This document shows, in pieces, positions 24,407-35,752 of a stretch of DNA of 64,000 nt (position 1 is the stretch's first letter; each line of letters opens with the position of its first letter). Both the position numbers and the translations under genes were made by a program. The notes beneath the pieces are model-generated. The model was not told the origin of the DNA. It saw nothing but the letters and a program-made list of their open reading frames with translations, and did not search any database. Origin of the DNA: Octopus sinensis (lineage: Eukaryota); the NCBI RefSeq assembly GCF_006345805.1, contig NC_043000.1, forward strand, positions 87,792,001-87,856,000, given 5' to 3'.

Positions 24407-24844
24407 TTATAAAATAAGGGCAAAAGAAAAATTCTAATGCCAAATATGCCGAAAAAAAGACAAAATTGTCAATAACCATTATAATTTATGCGTCTCGAAA
24501 CATGCCGATAGAGATTTAAAAAAAATTCCGTTATTACCGCATTGGTCCCAATTTCGGGGTTAATTTATAAGAATTTTCCCCTCATCAGCGATAAATACGT
24601 AAGACATAAATGAAATACTTACTCAGTAAGTATTTCATTTATGAGTAAGTATTTCATTTATGTCTTACGTAGTTATCGGTGACGAGGGGAAAATTCTTAT
24701 GAATTAACCCGGTAATAATGAAAATTTTTAGAAATTTTTATCGGCAGGTTTCGAGATGCATAAATTATAAAATGGTTATTGACAATTTTGTATTTTTTTC
24801 GGCATATTTGGCATTAGAATTTTTCTTTTGCCCTTATTTTATAA
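24407..24844. repeat. 438-bp foldback element
   Basis: ttataaaataagggcaaaagaaaaattctaatgcc ... ggcattagaatttttcttttgcccttattttataa; arms pair to the centre near 24610-24650, where there is a 19-bp local duplication. Confidence 0.92.
24529..24599 (-). ncRNA. Type I hammerhead-like motif with intact core and non-canonical cleavage triplet
   Basis: cgtatttatcg-CTGATGA-GGGG(18 nt)CCCC-GAAA-TTGG ga CCAA-T-G-cggtaataacg. Confidence 0.6.
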
Positions 24845-24947
24845 GTTGTTTATAAATTTAACCTTTAAAGGTATTTTTTGATATGCTGGCCATTGATAAA
24901 ATTTTTTTTCGAAAAAAAATTTATCCTACATTAGTTATATATATAGA

Positions 24948-25176
24948 TTTCTATACTACCCACAAGGGGCTAAACACAGAGGTGACAAACAAGGACAGAC
25001 AAACGGATTAAGTCGATTATAATTACCCCAGTGCGTAACTGGTACATAATTTATTGACCCTGAAAGGATGAAAGGCAAAGTCGACCTCAGCGGAATTTGA
25101 ACCCAGAACGTAACGGCAGATGAAATACGGCTATGCAATCGCCCGGTGTGCTAACGTTTCTGCCAGCTCGCCGCCT
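24948..25176 (-). mobile_element. SINE family B
   Basis: Reverse complement of the 5535-5757 consensus. Confidence 0.88.
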
Positions 25177-25224
25177 TTGTACATATATATATATATATAT
25201 ATTACACACACAGTCGTCAATTGA

Positions 25225-25530
25225 TGGTGGGGTGAGAAAAATACATACATACACACACACACATATATATAAATATACATATACATATACACACACAGTT
25301 GTCATGCGATGGTGGGGTGAGAAACAGACACACACAAAAATATATACATATGTACACACACACACACACACATATATATATATGACAAGCTTCTTTCAGT
25401 TTCCATCAACCAAATCCACTCACAAGGCATTAGTTGGCCTGAGGCTATAGTAGAAGACACTTCCCTAAGGTCCCATGCAGTTGGACTGAATCCAGAACCA
25501 TGTGGTTGGGAACCAAGCTTCCCCCCACAC
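25225..25530 (-). mobile_element. SINE family A (partial)
   Basis: Reverse-complement head and body. Further partial copies at 17035-17215(+), 38560-38700(-), 40960-41190(-), 42815-42960(-) and 53270-53435(-). Confidence 0.75.
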
Positions 25531-25585
25531 TGATATATATATATATATAAATTGATATATGAATATATATATAAATTGATATATG

Positions 25586-25631
<46 letters not shown>

Positions 25632-25683
25632 GATATATGAATATATATATATATATAAATTGATATATGAATATATATATATA

Positions 25684-26975
25684 CGAGGGGGGTTCAATAA
25701 GTAATGCCTCTGACCCACTTCCCATAGCAGTAGAGCAATGAAACTTGGCACAGTTATTAGTCTTTTTCTACATAGGAACCACTCAGAGTCACACATTTCT
25801 CCCATCGTTTGATGCAACTCTGGAGACCGTTTTTGTAGAAGACCCCAGCTTGGTCCTCCAACCACAACGTGATTTCAGAAATCAAGGCTGCATCATCTGG
25901 GAAATGCTTTCCTTTCAAAAACAACTTCATGGCTGGGAAGAGGTGAAAATCAGAGGGTACAAGGTCAGGAGAGTAGGGGGATGGGGAGGAGTTCATAGCC
26001 GCATGCCTGTGCTTCTGCTCTGGCGACACACGAGTTGTAGACCGGAGCATTGTCCTGCAGGAGGAGGATGCCTTTGCTGATCTTGCCCCGCCTCTTGATT
26101 TTGATAGCTCCTCTTAATTTCCTCAAAAGTGAAGCATAATAGGCTCCTGTAATTGTGGTACCCTTTGCCAGGAAATCTGTCATCACTACTCCGTCCTGGT
26201 CCCAGAAGACTGTGAGCATGACCTTGCCAGCAGAGGGCTGCACCCTTGCCTTCTTTGGAGGAGGTGAGTCACGGTGCTCCCACTGCATTGACTGGGCTTT
26301 GGTCTCTGGATCATAGTGATGGACCCAGGTTTCATCCTGTGTAATCAGTCTTTTGAAAAATTTTGACTCATCTTCTTGGCACATCTCCAAATTCATCCTC
26401 GAGCACTCGACGCGTTCTTGCTTCTGGAAAGGTGTGAGCAACCTGGGAATCCATCTGGCAGACACCTTTTGCATATGCAAATGGTCATGAATGATAGTTT
26501 CCACAGACCCGGTACTAAACTTGACCTCATGGGCTATTTGGCGAATAGTTATGCATTGATCTTCCAAAATGGCAGCCTCAACTTGACGGACAGATGCCTC
26601 ATCAATGGCAGAAGGGGGGGGGACAAGATCTGGGAGCTGTTTCCACAGAGTTCCAACCATGTTTGAATTCACGATGCCAGCGTTTTACAAGGTCATATGA
26701 TGGGGCATCATCACCATAAGTTACTTTCATTTCATCAAAAGTCTCCCGTGGTGTGCGTCCTTTCAAATACAAAAACCGGATCACTGCTCGACACTCAACA
26801 GGCTCCATTTCACACTTGACTCAGTTCAAACACCTGTATATCAGAAACCACAATTAGTTCAGAGCTGTAATTTGCCACCTAATCTATAGAGATATGAATA
26901 ATTGCACATGTAAATTTTCAGCTAGATCAAACAACTGCAAGTGGGTCAGAGGCATTACTTATTGAACGCCCCTCG
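25684..26975 (-). mobile_element. Full-length mariner (DD34D), 1292 bp, TA TSD
   Basis: TA|cgaggggggttcaataagtaatgcctctgacccac ... gtgggtcagaggcattacttattgaacgcccctcg|TA; 1 mismatch in 37 bp of TIR. Confidence 0.97.
25757..26808 (-). CDS. Mariner transposase (irritans-like), apparent frameshifts in C-runs
   Basis: MEPVECRAVIRFL..., WIPRLL, QDETW, QDNAP, YSPDLVPSDFHLF; D-34-D spacing once the frame is repaired. Lesions at ~26614-26622 and ~25976-25986. Confidence 0.9.
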
Positions 26976-27557
26976 TATATATATATAAATATTTATGTGT
27001 ATGTATATAAATATATATATATATACATATATAGATATATATATGTATTGTCTGAGGTAGAAAGCTGAAGAAGAAAAATTTACAAAAAAGTAAGAATATT
27101 TCTGTTTCTAACAAATTATGTTCGTTTGTACTTCAACAAACATATCACAAACGCAATCTGACAAACTGAGGTAGGAAGAGGGAATAAGAAAAAAAAAATC
27201 TTCTCAGTGCAAATGGCTGAAAATCATGGTTTTGACACAAGAAAAAAAAATTAAATGTAACCTATAGATATTTTTAACTCATGACAAAATTTACAGGCAA
27301 ATGGAATCTCTTCTTTTGACAGCAACTCAAAGAGCAAAAAATGATATGAAAACTGAAAAAAACCTAATACATACACACACACATACATTTGTATATATAT
27401 ATATATATATAGGTACATGTGTGACTGTAATTGTCAAGTTTGCTTTCCAAACAAATAAATCTTTGCACTTTGGGTGTCTTTTACTGTAGCTCCAGGGTGA
27501 CCAAAGCCTTGAAGTAAATTTGGTACATGGAAACTGAAAGTTCATTGTATGAGTGTA

Positions 27558-27588
<31 letters not shown>

Positions 27589-27589
27589 C

Positions 27590-28463
27590 GTGTGTATCCA
27601 CGTATGTCTATTTGTGCTTGTGTGTGTGCATACACACACACACACACATATATATGCATATGTATGTATATTACATTTGTGTCTGCTTGTCCTCACATTG
27701 TGTGATAATTGTAAAATGAGCAGTATCACATAAGCAGTATCATTCATTTCCAATATTCTGTCAAAACATGTCTGACCATAAGGAAACATTACCTTGCTTG
27801 GAAACAGGTGAGGGTCGGTGATAAGGAAGAATAGCCATAAAAAAAAATCTGCCCCAGTTAATTCCATTCAACCCATGAAAGTATGGAAAAGAGAATATTA
27901 AACTGATGATCCTGTACACAAATATATGTATATGTATCTGTGTGTGTATATATGTGTGTGTGTGTATATATGTATATATATGTGTGTGTGTGTGTATATA
28001 TATGTATGTGTTTGTGGTGTGTGTGTGTGTGTGTGTGTGCGTGTGTATCCACGTATGTCTATTTGTGCTTGTGTGTGTGCATACACACACACACACATAT
28101 ATATGCATATGTATGTATATTACATTTGTGTCTGCTTGTCCTCACATTGTGTGATAATTGTAAAATGAGCAGTATCACATAAGCAGTATCATTCATTTCC
28201 AATATTCTGTCAAAACATGTCTGACCATAAGGAAACATTACCTTGCTTGGAAACAGGTGAGGGTCGGTTATAAGGAAGAATAGCCATAAAAAAAAATCTG
28301 CCCCAGTTAATTCCATTCAACCCATGAAAGTATGGAAAAGAGAATATTAAACTGATGATCCTGTACACAAATATATGTATATGTATCTGTGTGTGTATAT
28401 ATGTGTGTGTGTGTATATATGTATATATATGTGTGTGTGTGTGTGTGTATATATGTATGTGTT

Positions 28464-28490
<27 letters not shown>
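27590..28490. repeat. 451-bp direct tandem duplication
   Basis: Identical anchors (gtatccacgtatgtct) 451 bp apart; the unit contains a SINE D and TG/TA tracts. Confidence 0.9.
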
Positions 28491-28507
<17 letters not shown>

Positions 28508-28512
<5 letters not shown>

Positions 28513-28800
28513 GAGGAGAAGTAAAAAACTTATCCACACTTTCAACATAACATATCTTTATTATTGTCACACTAACTTCTGTGTATGTGTGATTATAGTT
28601 GGTATTGCTCTGGTCATGTGATTCAAGTTGGAGCCAGATTGAGCTACTTTTGTTTTTGGCTTTATAGTGTAAGCATGGCTGTTCCACTAACAATATGCAC
28701 CAAAGACGAACAAAGAGTAGTGATCCGATTTCTCTGGAAAAGAGGTGTACAATCAGCAGTGCAAGATACAGTGTTTTGCTGGCCAACAAACTGAAGCCAG
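28508..28800 (+). mobile_element. 5' fragment of a second mariner family
   Basis: MAVPLTICTKDEQRVVIRFLWKRGVQSA from ATG ~28675 resembles a mariner N-terminus; truncated by RTE sequence. Confidence 0.6.
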
Positions 28801-28819
28801 CAATTCACATCAAACAAGA

Positions 28820-30660
28820 GAGTCAACCCAGATGAGATGCATTTTGGTTTCGTGCCAGGAAAAAGCACTACTGATGCTATATTTCTGGTAAGACAGCTGC
28901 AGGAGAAATATGTAGCCAAAGATAAACCTCTGGACCTGGCTTTCATTGACATGGTGAAAGCCTTCGACAGGGTCCCCCGATCCCTTATCTGGTGGTCAAT
29001 GAGGAAACTAGGGATAGATGAATGGTTAGTGAGAGCTGTGCAAGCCATGTACAGGGATGCTGTCAGTAAGGAGAGGGTTGGCAATGAGTACAGTGAAGAA
29101 TTCCATGTAGGAGTAGGGGTTCACCAAGGATCAGTCTTCAGTGCCCTCTTATTCATCATAGTCTCAAGATAATAACAGAGCAATTCAAGACAGGATGACC
29201 TTGCTCTAATTGCTGAGTCTCTATCAGAACTAGAGAAGTTTCAGGTGTGGAAGCATGTATTATAACTGAAGGGCCTTATAGTCAACCTAGCTAAAACCAA
29301 AGTCTTAATAAGTAGGAAGGCAGACAAACCACAAATCCCCCCAGGTAGATAGCCCTGCTTGATCTGTAGAAAAGGCGTAGGTAGAAACTCCTTAAGATGT
29401 ACCCAGTGTAATCTATGGACATGTAAGAGGTGCAGCAATATCAAAGGAAGGTTAACTAGGAAGATAGTCTTTGTATGAGACAAATGCTCAGGAGCAATAA
29501 ACACTGAAAATATGCAGAGAACAGCTTCCGTCACATTTCAGGGAGAAAAACTAGAAGTAGTTGATAGCTTCTGTTACCTAGGTGTCAGTAGTGGGGATGG
29601 ATGCTCTGAAAGTGTAGCTGCTAGAATAAGAATAGCCTGGGCGAAGTTCAGAGAGCTCCTACCTCTGCTGGTGATAAAGGGCCTCTCACTCAGAGTAAAA
29701 GGTAGACTGTATGACGCATGTGTACAAACAGCCATGCTACATGGCAGTGAAACATGGGCCGTGACAGCTGAGGACATGTGTAAGCTTGCAAGGAATGAAT
29801 CCAGTATGCTCTGCTGGATGTGTAATGCAAGTGTGCATACACGATAGAGTGTAAGCGCCCTGAGAGAAAAGTTGGACTTAAGAAGCATCAGATGTAGTGT
29901 GCAAGAGAGATGACTGCACTTGTATGGTCATGTGTTGCGAATGGATGAGGACAGTTTTATGAAAAAGTGTCATGCCCTAGCAGTTGAGGGAACCTCTGGA
30001 AGAGGTAGACCCAGGAAGACCTGGGACGAGGTGGTGAAGCATGACGTTTGAACATTGGCCTCACCGAGGCAACGACTAGTGACAGAGATCTTCAGAGATA
30101 TGCTGTGCCTGAGAAGACCCGGCAAGCCAAGTAAGACCACAACCCATGGTCTATGCTAGTGGTGTATAACCAGCCCACTTATGAGTACCCTTCATTCATT
30201 GGACGATAAACTTTGCTTGCGAAGACCTGTTGAGGCAAGTGAAATCAAAATCGCTGGTGTGGCCAATGACAGTACCGCCTGACTGGCTTCCATGCCGGTG
30301 GCACATAAAAAGCATCATTTGAGTGGAATTGTTGTCAGTGACGCCTTACTGGCATGTGTGCCAGTGGCACACGAAAAACATTCATGTATGGTCGATGCTA
30401 GTGCTGCTGGACTGGCTCCTGTGCAGGTGGCACGTAACAAACACCATATGAATGTGGTCGTTGCCAGTACCGCCTCACTGGCCTTTGTGTCAGTAGCATG
30501 TAAAAGCACCCACTACACTATCAGAGTGGTTGGCGTTAGGAAGGGCATCAAGCTGTAGAAACTGTGCCAGATCAGATTACAGCCTGGTGCAGCTTTCTGG
30601 CCCACCAGTCCTCAGTCAAACTGTCCAATCCATGCCATAAACGACGACGATGATGATGCA
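28820..30660 (+). mobile_element. Decayed 5'-truncated RTE LINE, same family as 2589-5420
   Basis: GFVPGKSTTDAIFLVRQLQEKY..., RIAWAKFRELLPLL, AMLHGSETWAVTAED; multiple stops and deletions; (GAT)n tail ~30645-30657. Confidence 0.92.
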
Positions 30661-30769
30661 TATATATACATATATAGCTGTTATCTCAACATGTATTTCT
30701 AATCAGTATATCATTACTACCTCTGAAGAGATTCATCTTACAATGATTTTAATTTTATAAATTAATTGA

Positions 30770-31205
30770 TTTGACATGGTTTTCTACAGCTGGATGCCCT
30801 TCCTGAGACCAACTACTCCAAGAGTTTAATGGGAACTTTGTACGTGCCACTGGCATGGGTGCCATTTTTGTGACTCTGGTAACTGCCATGATTGTGATTT
30901 TGCTTGGCTTGATGGGTCTTCTTCTCAAGCATGATATAAATCCAAAGGTCCTGGTCATTGCCTCCATGAGGCCCAACTCACGAAAGGAATTTGGCAACTT
31001 TGCCTCCATGAGGTCCAACGCTGGAAAGGGACTCAGTCACCTCACCTTTGTGAGGCCCACTCAGAAGGAAATGAGCCACCTTACCACTTTGAGCCACTTT
31101 GCTTCCATGAGGCCCAAGGCTTAAAAGGAACTCAATCACTTTGCTTCCATCAGGCCCAATCCTTGAAAGGTACTCAGCCACTTTGCCTCTGTGAGGTCCA
31201 ACATT
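30770..31205 (-). repeat. RTE 3' fragment with a ~40-bp minisatellite (~6 units)
   Basis: The unit cactttgcctccatgaggcccaa..ttgaaaggaactcag resembles the RTE ORF end gtcatttcctcagtgagacctaaagttcgaagg. Confidence 0.6.
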
Positions 31206-31713
31206 AAAAGTATATAACGACCTTGAACCCACAAGAGTAAACAAAAGAGATAGAAACAGGCAGAAACAAGGAAAATGCCACTTGTATTTGAACACTATGC
31301 AAATATTCTTTTAAAAAACTTTTGTTTTAATTTCTCCAAAATTTAATTGTTTTCCATATTTACAGTTGAAAAAGTTTCAATGACTGAAACCAGTACTGAA
31401 ATGTTTTTTATAAATTTATTTTAGCATTTTCTACCTTGACTTGTTTTTCCATATATATGAACTCGTGTGTTCCTTTTCAACCTTCTACACACACACATAT
31501 ACATACATATATATATATATACATGCATACATACATGTCTATATATACATATATATATATATTTAAGTAGCTGAATGAATTATCTTAGTATGGATAATTC
31601 GGTTAACCGATACCTGGGTAGCAAATTCACGTCAGAAAAACACGGTTGAAGCTACATGCCAAGGGCAGAGATCACGTGCTTTCGTGTGGAAATTTGTGTG
31701 TTTTTTTTAATAC

Positions 31714-31822
31714 AAATAAATGAAAGAATGGAGTGAATGACGATTTAACAAAATTCCTTTATTCTCGACATATGTCGAGAATAAAGGAATTTTGTTAAAT
31801 CGTCGTTCAACTCCATTCTTTC

Positions 31823-31830
<8 letters not shown>
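31714..31830. repeat. Palindrome with a perfect 66-bp core
   Basis: 31739-31804 is a perfect self-reverse-complement centred at 31771/31772; the arms extend to ~58 bp with 1 mismatch and 1 bulge. Confidence 0.95.
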
Positions 31831-31853
<23 letters not shown>

Positions 31854-31854
31854 A

Positions 31855-32755
31855 TCATCATCATCATCATCATTTAACGTCCGCTTTCCATGCTAGCATG
31901 GGTTGGACGGTTCAACTGGGGTCTGGGGAGCCCGAAAGCTGCACCAGTCCAGTCAGATCTGGCAGTGTTTCTACAGCTGGATGCCCTTCCTAACGCCAAC
32001 CACTCCGAGAGTGTAGTGGGTGATTTTATGTGCCACCGACACAGGTGCCAGACGAGGCTGGCAAACGGCCACGCTCGGATGGTGTTTTTTATGTGCCACC
32101 GACACAGGTGCCAGACGAGGCTGGCAGACGGCCACGCTCGGATGGTGTTTTTATGTGCCACCGACACAGGTGCCAGATGAGGCTGGCAAACGGCCACGAT
32201 CGGATGGTGCTTGTTACGTGCCCACAGCACGGAGGCCAGTCGATGCGGTACTGGCTACGGCCACGTTCGGATGGTTTTCTTGTGTGCCACGTGCCACCGG
32301 CACTGGTACCACAAAGATACAAATTCCATTGATGTTCATCTATTTTGATTTGTTTTGATTTTCACTTGCCTCAACAGGTCTTCACAAGTGTCACAAGAAG
32401 GAAGGTATGCACAGGTGGACTGACTACGTCCCAGGTAGGGGCCATGGGTTATGGCCTGACTAGTCTTGCCGGGTCTTCGGACAAATTCCATTGATGTTCA
32501 TCTATTTTGATTTGTTTTGATTTGATTTTGATTTTGATTTTCACTTGCCTCAACAGGCCTTCACAAGTATCACAAGGAGGAAGGTATGCACAGGTGGACT
32601 GACTACGTCCCAGGTAGGGGCCATGGTTTATGGCCTGACTAGTCTTGCCGGGTCTTCGGATGGTGTTTTTATGTGCCACCGACACAGGTGCTAGATGAGG
32701 CTGGCGAACGGCCACGACCGGATGGTGTTTGTTATGTGCCCACAGCACGATGGCC
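31855..32755 (-). mobile_element. RTE 3' UTR with tandem amplification
   Basis: ~61-bp unit (gatggtgtttttatgtgccaccgacacaggtgccagacgaggctggcaaacggccacgctcg) three times plus a fourth copy at ~32660-32750; ~170-bp block duplicated at 32320-32480 and 32481-32660. Confidence 0.85.
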
Positions 32756-32994
32756 ATATATATATATATATATAGATACACACACACACGCATACATATA
32801 TATAGATTTATAAATATATTTATGTATAAGGGTGTTGTAGTTCACTTGAAGCAGGGTAATATTGTAGAAGAGAAAAAAGAAGAAAATCAAAAGCTACTGA
32901 TAAAGAAGAAAGTTTCACAAAACCTTTATATTTCAGGTGCAAAGACCCAACCTCAGAAGAGAAAGTCTGAGAAATGTATAATTATACAGATTCT

Positions 32995-33350
32995 GTTAAC
33001 CCATTCAAATCTCTCAGCATTATGCATGCAGCAGCATGCCACATGATTGAACAGGTGGAGAGTAGTCAACCAATGGAACAGCCTGCTTGTGAAATTAACG
33101 TACATGTGGCTAAGCACTCTATGGACATGTGTACCGTTAATGTAGTTCTCAGGGAGATACAGCACGACACAGAAAGTAACAAGGCTGGCTCTTTTGAAAT
33201 ACGAACACTACTCATTTTTGCTAGCTGAGTGAATCGGAGCAACATGAAACAAAATGTCTTGCTTAAGGAAACAATGCATCACCAGGAATTGAACCCATTA
33301 CCTTACAATCATGAACCAAATACCCTAACCACAAAGCCATGCACCTACAC
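32995..33350 (-). mobile_element. tRNA-derived SINE family C with a CORE-like central domain
   Basis: Head ggcttagtggttag...gttcaattcc, then ccttgagcaagacactt...ttgctccagtccactcagctg (MIR-CORE-like). Other copies at ~44820-45105(+), 45915-46255(+) and 52394-52715(+). Confidence 0.6.
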
Positions 33351-33399
33351 AAAAATAGACTAGTTGTAAGTAAACAACAGTGACTAATATCCGATAGAT

Positions 33400-33760
33400 A
33401 TTTCTATTTGTTCCTATAAGTTAAAGATATTTATCATCTCTTCTTTGTTATATGCGTCATCTCAAATTGCTGTGAACATATATTTTGTAGCAGGTTGTTT
33501 TAGATTCTGTATCTGTCCATCTCCAAATTATCTTTTGTCTTTCAAACCTTCTAACTCTTATTTTCAAGTTATCTGATAGTACCCTGTGTTGGATGATACA
33601 TTATCTATCTGAAACCTTGCTGCTCTTCATGCCTCTGGGTGTTTGCTGTTTCTTTTCAGTTAGTCTTTCCAAGCTTGTCTCTTAGCTTTAATTGGCATTA
33701 TTTAGAGAGCCATTCCACCGCTATATCACCTTTGACTTTGTTGCAACTTTGCTCCAATCA
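33400..33760 (-). mobile_element. Old RTE-like ORF remnant
   Basis: Broken frames give ..WN..AIKAKRQAWKD.., the region after the APE domain in RTEs. Confidence 0.45.
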
Positions 33761-34888
33761 TAAGACCCAGCCAATATATACATATATAATACACAATTTT
33801 TTTACTGGTTCTGATAGGCTAGCTGGTGTACTATTGAGGTACCACAGCATGAACACAGAGAGCCAGACAAGCAGACACACACACATACTTTCAATCACTT
33901 CTAATACATGAAAAACAGATATAGAATGAATGAAGAACAATGTGTGTGCATATCTATAAATGTGTGTGTACATATACATGCACATATATATAGTTCAAAT
34001 GTACAGAAAACAATTGACGAAGACAGGCGAGGGAACAACAAGCAGGTGTATTAGTTTGATGTTCAGGAAGAATGGATAAGTCTTTGATGTTTCGAGCCTA
34101 CACTCTTTGGCAGAAAGGGAAAGGAAAAAATGGAGAGAGAAAGAAAAAAAAAAATGGAGAGAAAAAGGAAAAGATGGAGAGAAAAAAATGTGTTGGGATT
34201 GTAGGTCAACCTTGATCAGGCAGCAAACTTATGGAGGAAGTATTCAGTCATAATCTAGAGCCGAGTGATTGTTAATTACATTTAATTATGATAAACATGA
34301 AAATCTGGACTATAATTAAGTTGCTAGCATTCAGAATGTGTATTTAATGACCATATTAATTGCTATGTATTTGTTAGATCAATTACATAGCAATAAAGTT
34401 GCCACAAGCAATCATTGACCTATAATTAATTATCATTTCAAGATAAACAAAACTGATGGCTTACCTTGATGTAACTTTTATTACACCGGTCAGTGTATCT
34501 CGCACCCTAGAGAAAAATAGAAAGAGGAAAAGAATAAAGAAATTCAGTTCATTATATCCAGAATTATTTGAATCAGCAGGCTTTCAAAATAAAGTTGGAA
34601 TATTATTTAAAATAAGCAGAGGTTTGGTAGAATTAACAGGATAAATAGAACTCAATAAGTGTATAGATATAAAATAAAATGAAACAAAATTAAAATAAAT
34701 ATGTAAATGAAATAAAATAAAGACTCATAAACAGAAAGAATATTTCATCTGAATTTGGAATTTTAGTTTATCATTCCTGTAACAATTTTGACTATGATAA
34801 GGTATGTGGGAATTGTATCCTCACATTTGAATAGTAGTAAGGACACATGAACATATATGTTATATATGCATCACACCATCCTATGCAT

Positions 34889-34940
<52 letters not shown>

Positions 34941-34941
<1 letters not shown>

Positions 34942-35640
34942 TAGAACTATGACCTGGCAACGAGTACTGTCCAAATCTCCGACCAATCACATACAGCTAG
35001 CTGGAATTCAATTGGCGTATCAAGTTTTGGGCATTTTGATTGGGTTTTGGATAGAAAATTAACAAAAAAAGTCACTTTTATTGATTTTTTAATGGCTTTG
35101 CGGGGTGACTGGGGAAATGTAAAGATGTGCGTGACCACCCTTGGACGGTTTTGAATGACCATAGAAAGTGTGGGCCCTCTAACTGAAAAATTGTGGATTT
35201 GTATAAAGGACACACACACAGACATTTTGCAGTTTATATACATACTAGCAGTATCGCCCAGCGTTGCTCGGGTTGTAAGGGAAATAACTATATAAGCATT
35301 TTTAGAGAGTTATAGCCAAAAAATAGGAAAAAAATGCATTAAAAATGGAAAAAAAATTAAGGTAAATTTCTTTTTAAATCGTTGACACATCGTAGATATT
35401 TTTAGAGAGTTACTTCCCTTATATAATAGCGAAAAAAATGCATTAAAATGGAAAAATATGATGGTAAATTTTTTTAAATCATAGACTCATCGTAGACGCG
35501 CGCTAATACCCAGAAGGGCTCGATATGACTCACGACTATAAGAGACCCGGTTTTGATTACACTGCACCGCAAAATGTGGGAGTAGTTAGGAATCTAAATC
35601 ATAGGAGACAGACACACAACTTCACTCTTATATATAAAGA
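34941..35640 (-). mobile_element. Two abutting Helitron-like elements (H1 35245-35640, H2 34941-35243)
   Basis: H1 begins a|TCtttatata and ends hairpin-CTAG|t; H2 also ends in CTAG. Confidence 0.7.
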
Positions 35641-35752
35641 TATAAGTTACGTAGTTATATACACATACTTTGTTATATACACATTCTTAAAAGAAAATGT
35701 TATTTTGAATACAACATTTATAAAGAATAAAATATTTTTTGGTTTTTCTTAA

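Noticed and set aside
31980-32760. CRISPR-like or regulatory array suggested by regular 61-bp repeats
   Set aside because: The units are contiguous with no unique spacers and lie inside an RTE 3' UTR; the context is eukaryotic.
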